DNA from: a virus
Direction: 5' to 3' (one strand)
Virus record (IMG/VR): IMGVR_UViG_3300042516_002090
Coordinates: 2,578 to 66,577 of that record
Length of the DNA: 64,000 bases
Part shown: positions 7,490 through 17,200 of the stretch, piece by piece
How the letters are laid out: each line of letters opens with the position of its first letter
Numbering within the stretch: the stretch's first letter is position 1
The notes under the pieces: generated by a model
Database searches by the model: none
The model's input: only the letters and a program-made list of their open reading frames with translations
Told to the model about the DNA's origin: nothing
Translations under genes and position numbers: made by a program

Positions 7490-8362
7490 ATGAAAAAAGC
7501 AATATGTTGGTGGAGCGGTGGAATAACGTCTGCCGTGGCCTGTAAACTGGCGATAGATATGTTTGGTGTTGATAACTGCAAGGTTATCATGATTGACACC
7601 AAGAACGAGCATCCGGATACCTACCGATTCAAGGACGACTGCGCCCTGTGGTACGGAAAGGAAATAGAAACCATCACGGCAATCGGAAACAAGTACGAGA
7701 GCATACAAGACGTGTGGACTCAGCACAAGTCCCTCAACGTGGCAAGCGGGGCAATCTGCTCTACTATGCTCAAACGCAGAGTCAGGGAGAGGTTTCAGAA
7801 GGACGAGGACTACGACTACCAAGTGTTCGGCTTTGAGTTCGATAAGAAAGAATTCAACAGAGCTAACTCCCTTACGATGAATCACCCCAAGGCCAAGCCG
7901 ATATACCCATTACTCATGTTCGGGTACGACAAAGACCATTGCATCAAGATGGTGCAGAACGCCGGAATAGAAGTACCTGTAATGTACAAGATGGGCTTTA
8001 GGAACAACAACTGCTTTGGGACAGGGTGTGTACAGGGCGGGATAGGATACTGGCAGAAGATGAAGCGGGACTTCCCCGACAAGTTCGACGCGATGGCCGA
8101 CATGGAGTGGAAACTAACCGAGATGAAGGGAGAGCCAGTCACCATGCTCAAGGATCAGGGCAAGGACGCCAAGTCATCAGGCAACGTGCTTGTCTTCCTC
8201 AAGAAACACCCCGACTACCCAAACTTGAAATCCCTCGATGACATAGAGGGAAGGGAAGTTGAACCCCTTTTTGAATGCAATGGGTTCTGCGGAACGAACG
8301 ACCTCAACGAAAGAACATCAACCGAAAACGAAATCAATTACGGATTATTCTCAAACTTATAA
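7490..8362 (+). CDS. PAPS-reductase/PP-loop family protein
   Basis: WWSGGITS PP-loop, EHPDTYRF, GF-NNNC-xxx-GC, C-terminal CNGFC. Confidence 0.8.
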   Translation: MKKAICWWSGGITSAVACKLAIDMFGVDNCKVIMIDTKNEHPDTYRFKDDCALWYGKEIETITAIGNKYESIQDVWTQHKSLNVASGAICSTMLKRRVRERFQKDEDYDYQVFGFEFDKKEFNRANSLTMNHPKAKPIYPLLMFGYDKDHCIKMVQNAGIEVPVMYKMGFRNNNCFGTGCVQGGIGYWQKMKRDFPDKFDAMADMEWKLTEMKGEPVTMLKDQGKDAKSSGNVLVFLKKHPDYPNLKSLDDIEGREVEPLFECNGFCGTNDLNERTSTENEINYGLFSNL

Positions 8363-8364
8363 AA

Positions 8365-8628
8365 ATGAAAAAAACATCTTTAACAATTTTAATCGCGCTA
8401 TCCCTACTTGCCTGCAAGAAAGAGGAGCCGGAACCCGCACAACCAACACAACAATGCAACTGCGGTACTATCGCTAACGACGGCATCGACTCGGCCACCA
8501 ACTGCTATTGGTTGGAGATACGAAACGAATGCTCCGGCAACAAGAAGAAGTTCTGCTTCGACCAAGACATTTGGATGAACAACTATGTCGGCGACAGATT
8601 CTGTGTAACTAACGTATCATCTTGGTGA
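8365..8628 (+). CDS. lipoprotein
   Basis: MKK-hydrophobic-LLA-C-KKEE lipobox; Cys-rich mature domain. Confidence 0.75.
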   Translation: MKKTSLTILIALSLLACKKEEPEPAQPTQQCNCGTIANDGIDSATNCYWLEIRNECSGNKKKFCFDQDIWMNNYVGDRFCVTNVSSW

Positions 8629-8630
8629 AC

Positions 8631-8864
8631 ATGAAACTACCAATGTTTGACAAAGACAAGGCGAACCACGCCATCTACGGCGTAGTAATCTATGGACTAT
8701 GTTCCATCCTGATCACGCCTGTGTTCTCCTTAATCGCGGTGTTTACCACAGCGGTAGCAAAGGAGCTGTATGACAACTACAACGGCAAGAGATTCAGCTA
8801 TGGCGACATCATGGCGACCCAGGCCGGGGGTATAATCGGGTTCTTGATATCAATTATTAACTAA
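8631..8864 (+). CDS. small membrane protein (YfiM/VanZ-like)
   Basis: DKxxH...AKELYD...DIMAT..GG pattern with hydrophobic helices. Confidence 0.6.
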   Translation: MKLPMFDKDKANHAIYGVVIYGLCSILITPVFSLIAVFTTAVAKELYDNYNGKRFSYGDIMATQAGGIIGFLISIIN

Positions 8865-8877
8865 ACTGATTTGATAA

Positions 8878-9303
8878 ATGACAATAGCACAGCAGTTAAA
8901 AATTACGACATTTCCTTTTGAGATAAAGGATGAGAATGGCAATACAATCTATCGCGAATTCAGCAACAAGTATTGGGTAAAATCTGAATATGACCAAGAT
9001 GGGAATGAAATCTATGCCGAAGATAGTTATGGAGATATCACAGACAACCGCCCCAAGCCTGAACCTGTGCTGACTGCGGTAGAATGGTTGGAAAAGCAAT
9101 TGGATACAACACAATTGTATTGGCAAAAATATTATATAGACCAAGCCAAAGCAATGGAGAAGGAGCAGACTGAGGAGAATATGGCAAAGGCAATAACTTT
9201 CGGATGGGAATTGAGTCACCACCATAGACTTAAAGAACCGGAAGTGCTATTGAAAATGCAAAAAGATTTTATCACATCTGTTGTTGAAGGAGGTGACAAA
9301 TGA
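8878..9303 (+). CDS. hypothetical protein
   Basis: D-x-x-GN-x-IY repeats fused to a TAVEWL...AKAMEKEQ module. Confidence 0.75.
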   Translation: MTIAQQLKITTFPFEIKDENGNTIYREFSNKYWVKSEYDQDGNEIYAEDSYGDITDNRPKPEPVLTAVEWLEKQLDTTQLYWQKYYIDQAKAMEKEQTEENMAKAITFGWELSHHHRLKEPEVLLKMQKDFITSVVEGGDK

Positions 9304-9521
9304 AAAAGAAAGTAGACTTTTACAAGGTTCCCAAGAACGAATGGCAGATGCCCATCGAGAAGGGATACAAGATGGCCTGTTGCGACTGCGGACTCGTTCA
9401 CAGCATGGACTTCAAGGTAATTGATCCGGAGACCAACAAGGTCATTAAGAATGTGCGGACGATCCTCAGAGCAAGAAGGCACGAGACGTTGACCAAACAG
9501 CTCAGAAAAAACAAATACTGA
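9300..9521 (+). CDS. hypothetical Zn-binding protein
   Basis: CCDCGLVH motif. Confidence 0.75.
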   Translation: MKKKVDFYKVPKNEWQMPIEKGYKMACCDCGLVHSMDFKVIDPETNKVIKNVRTILRARRHETLTKQLRKNKY

Positions 9522-9527
9522 AAGAAC

Positions 9528-9824
9528 ATGAATAAGATAGAATGCCGAATCATCAAGACCACGCGCCCCGATGGCAGCGAATACTACACCATCGAACAAA
9601 AGAAGAAGCGGTTCTTTGGTGGCTACAAGTGGAAAGAAGCAGGGATTTGGGAGGGATGGATGAGAACCACCTATAAAACACTAGAAGATGCCCAAGCAGA
9701 TCTGTGTTGGTACGACGGGACAGAAACAAAAACAGAAGTCGTAAGTATGCCGCATAAAGTCGTTTATTACGACTACATGGCTACACCACCTAAAATCATC
9801 TACACCTATGAAAGCAATACTTGA
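9528..9824 (+). CDS. hypothetical protein
   Basis: 98-aa ORF in operon. Confidence 0.7.
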   Translation: MNKIECRIIKTTRPDGSEYYTIEQKKKRFFGGYKWKEAGIWEGWMRTTYKTLEDAQADLCWYDGTETKTEVVSMPHKVVYYDYMATPPKIIYTYESNT

Positions 9825-10023
9825 ATTCAATTTGCCGGAAGATCAGTACGAGTTCGACCTTGCAGTAAAGGCTCGTGAAATGTACCACGCGCTCAATGAC
9901 ATCAGGAACTACCTCAGGGCCAAGGTAAAGTACGAGGAGATGCCAGCCGACAAGTGGGATCTGTGCGATGAAATATACCAAGAGTTTTACAGGCTGCTAG
10001 AACAGAACAACATCAAACTGTGA
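9808..10023 (+). CDS. phage hypothetical protein
   Basis: MKAILEFNLPED motif. Confidence 0.75.
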   Translation: MKAILEFNLPEDQYEFDLAVKAREMYHALNDIRNYLRAKVKYEEMPADKWDLCDEIYQEFYRLLEQNNIKL

Positions 10024-10478
10024 ACCCCCTGTTGTGTACCATAGTCATCTGGTGCGGCATGCACTACGCCACGCCTACTTGGATGAAGAAGCAGGTTCCC
10101 ACATGGATGTGGTCAAGGTACGAGATATTCATCGTGCCATACGGAACGCCACTAGCCGTGGTTGATCCGGATGTTGACTACCAAACAACAGCCCTTGTGG
10201 GATTCAGCGCGGGTGGTATAGACGTGCTGAAGAACTACGACAGCAGATACGCGTTTGTAGGACTGATAGACCCATCAACAAGGCAGTCCTTCCTAAAGGG
10301 AACGTACAGAAACACGGCCATCGTATACAACCCGTCGGTATGGGGAAACATAAACAAGTCCCTCGTCCCCATGGCCGAAAGAATAAAGGCAACTGGAGGC
10401 AACGCCGAGAGGGTACAACTAAGTCATTCTGATATACCAAAATACTTTTTCAACAAACACTTTAAAAACTATGATTAA
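10020..10478 (+). CDS. minimal alpha/beta-hydrolase-like protein
   Basis: LVGFSAGG nucleophile elbow, GLIDPS, C-terminal His (LSHSDIP). Confidence 0.55.
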   Translation: MNPLLCTIVIWCGMHYATPTWMKKQVPTWMWSRYEIFIVPYGTPLAVVDPDVDYQTTALVGFSAGGIDVLKNYDSRYAFVGLIDPSTRQSFLKGTYRNTAIVYNPSVWGNINKSLVPMAERIKATGGNAERVQLSHSDIPKYFFNKHFKNYD

Positions 10479-10746
10479 AATCTCAGACAAGCCATCTAAG
10501 AAGGTGGAACACTTTACCGGAACAATAACCATGTCGTTCCCCGGCGTGGAAAATAAACTTTGGAACTTCACGGTCTTGCGTACAACGAACGGATCAACTA
10601 CCTTTGCTGTACAAGCAGACTATGAGCAATTCAAACAACACATCGACGACGAGAAATATGGCGAGTTCTACACGACGATACTCGAAGAAACCGTCAAGGC
10701 AAACTTGGCTAAAGAACAGGCAGAGTGGAAACCTGCCGAAAAATAA
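10471..10746 (+). CDS. hypothetical protein
   Basis: 91-aa ORF in operon. Confidence 0.7.
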   Translation: MIKISDKPSKKVEHFTGTITMSFPGVENKLWNFTVLRTTNGSTTFAVQADYEQFKQHIDDEKYGEFYTTILEETVKANLAKEQAEWKPAEK

Positions 10747-10754
10747 GATAGCGT

Positions 10755-11294
10755 ATGAAGGCGAGGAATAAGAAGTGCAGGATCTGTAGGCAGGAGTTTA
10801 TCCCTAAGTACAGCACGATGCAGGCAACGTGTGAGAACATCGAGTGCATGATAGCTTACTCCTCCAAGCAGAAAGAAAAGAAAACCAAGGCTGAGTTCAA
10901 GGCCATCAAGGAGCGGAACAAATCCGTTTCACAATGGAGGAAAGAACTACAACAGGTCTTCAATCAGTTTATCCGACTGAGGGATGCCAAGCGTGGGTGT
11001 ATAAGCTGTGGCAAGCCCTTGGTCGGTAAAACAGACGCAGGTCACTACTATTCCGTGGGGTCTTACCCAAACCTTAGGTTCCATGAGGACAACGTGCATG
11101 GCCAGTGTGTAAACTGCAACCAACACAAACACGGGAACCTATTAGAATACGCTATCGGGATTGAGAGGCGGATAGGCAAGGCCAGACTCGAAGAGTTGAA
11201 GTCCATGCGTAACGACCGACTCAGCCTCCCGCTTGACAAGATGAAGGAGTTGATATACCACTACAAGGACAAAGTAAAAGAACTAAAAAAATGA
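10755..11294 (+). CDS. ninG: NinG/Rap-family HNH endonuclease
   Basis: IRLRD..CISCG..DAGHY.SVG..LRFHEDNVHGQCVNCN. Confidence 0.9.
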   Translation: MKARNKKCRICRQEFIPKYSTMQATCENIECMIAYSSKQKEKKTKAEFKAIKERNKSVSQWRKELQQVFNQFIRLRDAKRGCISCGKPLVGKTDAGHYYSVGSYPNLRFHEDNVHGQCVNCNQHKHGNLLEYAIGIERRIGKARLEELKSMRNDRLSLPLDKMKELIYHYKDKVKELKK

Positions 11295-11342
11295 TTGATC
11301 CACCCACCTGGGAAGACCTAGGATATGCTAACTTTGAATAAC

Positions 11343-11741
11343 ATGGACAAGACCAAGAACATATATACTTTAATTATCCTTGCGCTGTCGGTTGTAATTC
11401 TGTGCGGGGTGTTCTTTCTAGTCTTCCACATGGGAGGTTTGAAGGAAAGCTCCGAGAACGAGGCTGTAGCCATAGACAGGCTGCATGAGATAACCGAAAA
11501 GTACGAGGCTAAGATGGACCAGAACATCATCATCGTACAGGAAACAAAGGCCGCCATCGACTCCCTGCTTGTTCAAGACGAGAAACAGTTCGTCATAGAA
11601 CAGGAGCAGATAGCCAAGTCTAAGATATTGATTTCACGAATACCCAAAATGCCAAATGACACGCTACAAAAACTTTACACGCTCTCTTGGAATTATCTTC
11701 TTAATGAGTATCGCTCAGGCCGTCTACAGCCAGCCGAGTGA
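11343..11741 (+). CDS. i-spanin-like membrane-anchored coiled-coil protein
   Basis: One N-terminal TM plus helical domain; overlaps next gene by 86 nt. Confidence 0.5.
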   Translation: MDKTKNIYTLIILALSVVILCGVFFLVFHMGGLKESSENEAVAIDRLHEITEKYEAKMDQNIIIVQETKAAIDSLLVQDEKQFVIEQEQIAKSKILISRIPKMPNDTLQKLYTLSWNYLLNEYRSGRLQPAE

Positions 11742-12072
11742 GGTTCCACAGTTGCCAAGAGAAGCCCAGGAAATCGTATCAGCAGCCGCTGAGACCATAC
11801 GGCAGAACAAGATGACCATTGAGTCACGTTCGATGCGTATACAACAGATGAAAGACCAGCTAGAGGCTGCCCAGATAGCCCTTGACTTGGCCATACAAAA
11901 CAACGACCTTTGCACAGAGGTAAGACAGAACCAACTCGCAGAGATCAGGTTCCTAAAGACTCAGTACCTTGACATGAAGCAGGAGATGAAGAAGGAGAGA
12001 AGGAGAAAGATATTCTGGAAGTGTGCAACGATTGTTACCTCCGCCACGACGTTATACTTTTTTGTGTTCTAG
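11656..12072 (+). CDS. spanin-partner-like exported coiled-coil protein
   Basis: Signal-peptide-like N-terminus, coiled coil, basic patch plus hydrophobic C-terminus. Confidence 0.5.
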   Translation: MTRYKNFTRSLGIIFLMSIAQAVYSQPSEVPQLPREAQEIVSAAAETIRQNKMTIESRSMRIQQMKDQLEAAQIALDLAIQNNDLCTEVRQNQLAEIRFLKTQYLDMKQEMKKERRRKIFWKCATIVTSATTLYFFVF

Positions 12073-12103
12073 TTGTTATAGTTGTTATAGTTGTTTATTG
12101 TTG

Positions 12104-12138
12104 AAAGAGGGCCATCCAACGGGGTGGCCTTTTTTTTA
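12104..12138 (+). terminator. intrinsic terminator at convergent junction
   Basis: GGCCATCC-aacg-GGGTGGCC followed by T8. Confidence 0.8.
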
Positions 12139-12720
12139 TCTAAACCTTGAAGATTTTTTCCACCTTGTTATGTGGGTGTTCTTCGATAGTGGGCGGATCT
12201 TGACATACACCCCATCCCTTGAGCGAGAGTCTCTCATGCCCTGCTCGTTGGTGTTCCCCTCGATGGTGCGGATAGAATACTCCCCAATACGATCTACAAT
12301 CCCGGTGTGGCCGATTCCCTTGAACCTTGACTTTCTAAAGTTAGAGTAGGTGAACGTGGCGACAAGCACGTCCCCTTCCTTGAACGACTGATAGAACCTT
12401 CCGTCTGTAAAGACTACATCGTTCTTGTTATACGCTGACGGAGACCAGCCAGTAATGCTGTTTTGGACACCGCACTCGTCAAGGATAGCCCTGACGAAGA
12501 ACGCGCACCATGCATAGCCGGGCTTCCACCCGACGTTAGCCATCATCTTCTGGAGGTCCCTGTCATTGAAACCCTGATTGTTACCTCCTTTCTCCCTTAC
12601 GCCTACAAAGGAAGCGGCTGTGGCACGGACGCAGTAACCGTCATTATCAGCCACAAGATTAGAAGGAAGGATAAGAATAATCCAAAGTAAACAACAAGGT
12701 ATAAAACGATTCTTTGCCAT
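12136..12720 (-). CDS. CHAP-domain endolysin with signal peptide
   Basis: AWCAFFV catalytic Cys, GHTGIV His, TIEGNT; hydrophobic N-terminus. Confidence 0.85.
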   Translation of the reverse strand: MAKNRFIPCCLLWIILILPSNLVADNDGYCVRATAASFVGVREKGGNNQGFNDRDLQKMMANVGWKPGYAWCAFFVRAILDECGVQNSITGWSPSAYNKNDVVFTDGRFYQSFKEGDVLVATFTYSNFRKSRFKGIGHTGIVDRIGEYSIRTIEGNTNEQGMRDSRSRDGVYVKIRPLSKNTHITRWKKSSRFR

Positions 12721-12995
12721 GGTGTAGATGAGTATTCGAGTTCCGCCTTGGCGTCTTTACTATAGAAGTAGTTCTGCAAACCACGGAAGTTAAAGAACGC
12801 CCCAAGGAACACCACAAAGTTAGCAAAAATCATGACAAGTGCGGCAAGTAAAACCTGCTGAATGTACTCCGTTGAGATCAGTCCGTCCCCGAAATACTCA
12901 GCGCTGTAAGAACCTGCGAGTAAAAACAAAAAGAAGGCGATTGGAATAGACCAAAGGCCGTCGAACATTTGAAGCTTGTTGATTATCTTTTTCAT
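12603..12995 (-). CDS. putative holin
   Basis: Three hydrophobic helices, overlaps endolysin start. Confidence 0.55.
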   Translation of the reverse strand: MKKIINKLQMFDGLWSIPIAFFLFLLAGSYSAEYFGDGLISTEYIQQVLLAALVMIFANFVVFLGAFFNFRGLQNYFYSKDAKAELEYSSTPWQRIVLYLVVYFGLFLSFLLILWLIMTVTASVPQPLPL

Positions 12996-14092
12996 AGGAT
13001 ATATTTATACATTGTGTCTAAGTCGATTGATGAGCCGCTTGTCTCGTTCTTGCCCTGGGCAGGGAGGAACTCAAAGTCAAAGGCCAGTCTGCTACCTTCT
13101 GGGTAGGTCAACATCTTGGTTGCCGCGTCGTATTTAACCTCGTTTCCTTTGACAAGTCTTATGGTCGTGTCCTGGTTAGAGTATAGGGTTATGTCCCACG
13201 CGGTTCCAAACACGTTGGTTCCGGTCTTAGTGAACTTATCATTATACAGCTTCCACCTGCACACGAAGTCAGGTAGATTCTTCCCGTAAGAACTGATTAG
13301 ACTAGTGTATGGAATGTCTTTAGACAAGATTCCATTAATGTAAACCTCACCCTTTAACGTGGTCTCGTCAACCGTCACGATGTCTGCCGCTATGTTCAAG
13401 CAGTGTGTGTCGTGGCTCTTGAGCTCGACGTGCCATGTGGTCCCGAATGAATCTGCCAGTTGGAAGTCATTTAGCCCCGTCTTTGCCTTCAATTCGGCAA
13501 TGGTATACTTAGGGTAGGACTTGGTAAAACGTGTCGGATTTGGGGTCGATGTGGTCTTTATGAAGGTCTTTCTAAGGATCGATCTCCAGGTCACGTTCTC
13601 GTCGTGTGGATAGTACACCCCGAAATAATTGTTAAAGCCCTGCTCGTAATAGAAGTTATAGTCGTACCCATTAGCCGTAGGGACGATGCGAACCTCGTTC
13701 CACCCGGTCCAACTCTTCTGCCCTGTACCCTCTGGGAGATTAACAAGGTTTCCGCTTGAGTCCAGCACCGTGTCAATGGTAAACTCCTGGTATGGGCGAT
13801 AGAACACGAAGGTTCCGTTCTCCATGCTTACAAGATCCATGTCGCTTGAGTGAAGATGGATTGCGGCAAGGTTCAAGGGATAGGCCCCGAACGAAGAGAC
13901 CGCAGAGTCTATGACGTAGTTGTAGGTAACGGTCGGGCCGAGCTTTCCATTTGCCCCCTTGACCATTTTAGTATAGTCCATTACGCAAATTTCCACAAGA
14001 GACTTAGTAGTTCTCTTGTTGATCTGCCCGTTGATTGCCCCTATCTCCGAAGGGAGGTTCAAGAGTCGTAGTGACTTGTCTAGGTTCTGCAT
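12992..14092 (-). CDS. hypothetical protein, possibly tail-associated
   Basis: 366-aa ORF downstream of tail fibre. Confidence 0.7.
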   Translation of the reverse strand: MQNLDKSLRLLNLPSEIGAINGQINKRTTKSLVEICVMDYTKMVKGANGKLGPTVTYNYVIDSAVSSFGAYPLNLAAIHLHSSDMDLVSMENGTFVFYRPYQEFTIDTVLDSSGNLVNLPEGTGQKSWTGWNEVRIVPTANGYDYNFYYEQGFNNYFGVYYPHDENVTWRSILRKTFIKTTSTPNPTRFTKSYPKYTIAELKAKTGLNDFQLADSFGTTWHVELKSHDTHCLNIAADIVTVDETTLKGEVYINGILSKDIPYTSLISSYGKNLPDFVCRWKLYNDKFTKTGTNVFGTAWDITLYSNQDTTIRLVKGNEVKYDAATKMLTYPEGSRLAFDFEFLPAQGKNETSGSSIDLDTMYKYIL

Positions 14093-14289
14093 TATTCTGG
14101 ATTTATTGGTTCTTCTGGAACTACGGGTTCCGGATCAGGGATAGGTTCAATAACACTATCTAAATCAGGCACTAAGTTGCTGCATATCCCGCATATATAC
14201 GCTTGAAATAAATGTGGGCTTACTACCTCAATGTCTATATACCCCAATGGTGTAGAGCAAACACCGCAAGTCATTATTATCCTTTCCAT
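14092..14289 (-). CDS. small CxxC-CxxC protein
   Basis: CGVC...CGIC; ATG directly after fibre stop. Confidence 0.6.
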   Translation of the reverse strand: MERIIMTCGVCSTPLGYIDIEVVSPHLFQAYICGICSNLVPDLDSVIEPIPDPEPVVPEEPINPE

Positions 14290-14290
14290 G

Positions 14291-17200
14291 TTATGATGAG
14301 AATGTACAAGTTGCACCTGCTGTTCCTGCTGTTCCTGTTATTCCTGTTGGAGTTGCAGCCGTAGATGCTGCTACCGCAGTAGAATCAACAACTGTTACAG
14401 AGTTAGCCGCCATATTTATTACTGTTATTTTTCCTCCGTTGCCACCTGAACCACCTTGTCCACCAAAGTTACCAGCACCTCTTCCATCTCCTCCAGTTCC
14501 TCCAGTTCCTCCATCTGCTGATACAAATGTAACGCCACTAGTTCCGCTGATGCTTCCTGCAGCTAAGTAAACAAATCCACCGCCTCCACCGCCTGCTCCC
14601 CCACTACCTGTTCCATTGAATGTGGTGTGAGATCCTCCATTACCTCCTCTGCCACCTCTTGCCGAAATAGCTGCTGCATTTGTTGAAGGACCAACTACTA
14701 TGTTTCTAGCAAATATAACGGTGGTTCCTCCACCTCCACCTCCAGCTCCACCTCCATTTCCAGCAACGGTTACATTAGCACCACTTCCCCCTCCACCGCC
14801 TCCGTGACCTCCTGCAAAGTATATATAAGTAGTAGAAGTAAAGCTGATGTTTGCTGTATTAGAAACATCTTGTCTAGTCCTATTAAAAAATGTACCTGAT
14901 CCTGCTGGATTTGTTATAAATGTTTGTGGGGTATATGTTCCAAAGTTGGTTACACTTATACCCGTAGCTTGTCCAGTAGCTCCTGCACCTCCCGTTGCCC
15001 CGGATGCTGAATTTCCACCTACACCTCCTATTCCCCCTACTCCCCCGATAAGACCTTCTGTACTTAATAAAACAGGTGGACTAGATCCTGCACTTCCATT
15101 TCCACTTGACGTTCCACCATTCCCTCCAGATCCTCCTTTATGCTTTCCATTTGTAGCACTTCCCCCTATAAACCATCCATAAACCGTAGACCCAAATCCA
15201 CCTCGACCACCAGTACCAGTAAGATTAGAAGCTCCACCTGTGCTATTAGCATTATTTGCTCCTCCATATCCATTGTTGTGTATAGCAGAAGACCCAGCAT
15301 TAGTAAGATCTAAAGTCCCACTCACGAATATTCTATAACCATTTAAGTATAAAATACCTCCTGCATCAATAGTTAAATCATTATAGTACATATCATTGGC
15401 AAGGGTTACCGTGCCGCCTGATCCACTTGACCCATTAATTGTTACACTCCCATCTGTGCCATCCCCAAAATAACCTGTAAAAGATAATGATTGTTGCACA
15501 GCATTTGTTACAAAAGCCGTTGTGGCTATCTGAGTTGTATTAGTTCCTGATGCAGCAGTTGGTGCTGTTGGTGTTCCTGTAAATGCAGGAGAATTAATAT
15601 CAGCCGGGGTGTATCCAAGTATGGTGGATATAGACGCGGTCTTCCATTGACCAGGAGAAACCGAGTTGTCGTACCACAAGGTGTCCTTGAGGCTTGGAGT
15701 CTTTGCTTGTACGTTATGCAACTCGTCTAACTCATATCCGTTCTGTACACGGACATACATCCTTCCCGAACCACCTGGATTAGCCGTGGTTACAATCCCT
15801 AAGTAAACCAAATGGTTAGGGGCATATGGCTTGGTAAACGTCTTTGAACCCGCAGTTGGGCCTAGATATACAGGCATTCCATCCGCCCATCCATCAACGG
15901 GTTTCAAAGTGCTAAGCCCTGTAATCAGTCCCTGCATGATGATTATACCCTTTTGGTTGGCGCCAATAGAGTCTGAGTAAACAAGACCAACAGTCTGAGC
16001 GGACGTGCCGTCGGTTGTGTTGTTGGCTAGTTTAACAGTCATGCGATCCCCTGTACCGCTAAAGGCATAAACAGCCTGGCCCTTGGTGATCGTCACCGAG
16101 TCGTCGTTGGTAACGTATGAGAACAAGCTGTTAGGAGACGTTCCAATAGCCTGAAACGCATTGGTAGTCGAGTTGTATACACAGAGCATCTCAGCCCCGG
16201 CCCAAATATCTCCTCCAATGACAGGCCCGTCGTTGTTTCTATAAATAGATATGGCGCCAAAGCCATTTATATTCAAAGTACTAGACGTCGTGTTGCCGTT
16301 TGTAAAACGAATCAAGTAAGCGTCTCCGTCCGCATAAGTGGTTGCCCCTGTAATAGTAGACGTATACGTGTCCGTTCCCGATGCGGTTCCGTGCAGTATT
16401 CCTCCCCCGCCTGTGGACGCTATGGTGAAGCTTGGGTATGTACCTGTCACGCTGATTCCTGTACCCGCAGTCAAAGAAACCGTTTGGTCGGGAAGCGTGT
16501 TCTGTAAGGTAAAACTTGGATAGGTCCCTGTAACCGCAAGTCCTGTGCCTGTGGTTCCAAGAGAAACCGTTTGGTCAGGAGCCGTGTTGGTAACCGTGAA
16601 GGTTCCCGACGTGGTTATAGGCCCGGCAGGAGAGACCGAAATCCCTGTCCCGCCGTCCACATCAATCGACGTAACGGTTCCTGTCCCCGCAGTGCCGCTA
16701 GAGGCCGAGGTGATTCGCCCCTGCTGGTCAACGGTTATGTTCGCATTGGTATAGGCCCCTGGGGTTACAGCCGTGTCTGCAAGGTCAATGGTTCCGCTTG
16801 AGGTTATAGTCCCCCCGTCAAGCCCTACCCCTGCCGTTATCGAGGTGACGGTCCCAAGGCTTCCCCCAACAGAGGTAACGTCCACGCATAGCGAAGTGCC
16901 GTCGGGGAAGCTAGAAGGTCCGTCAAGAAGTGTGGCATTAAACTGAGCGTAAACACCAGGGCCGCCGTCAGAGTAGTTTGATAGCTGATAAATTCCGAAT
17001 ACAGTTGGATCTGTCTTGCTGAAGATAAATATCCATGAGCCGTCTTGAATGATGGGCCAGAATCCTGTGAAGTCTTGATTGTTCGCAGTAGTGTAACTAA
17101 CTCGAATAGCCCCTCCGCCGTCGTAATATATGGTCCCTGAGTCTGTTCCGTTTCCGTAAGTATACTGAATAGAACACTCAGGCTCTGTGTTACCACACTC

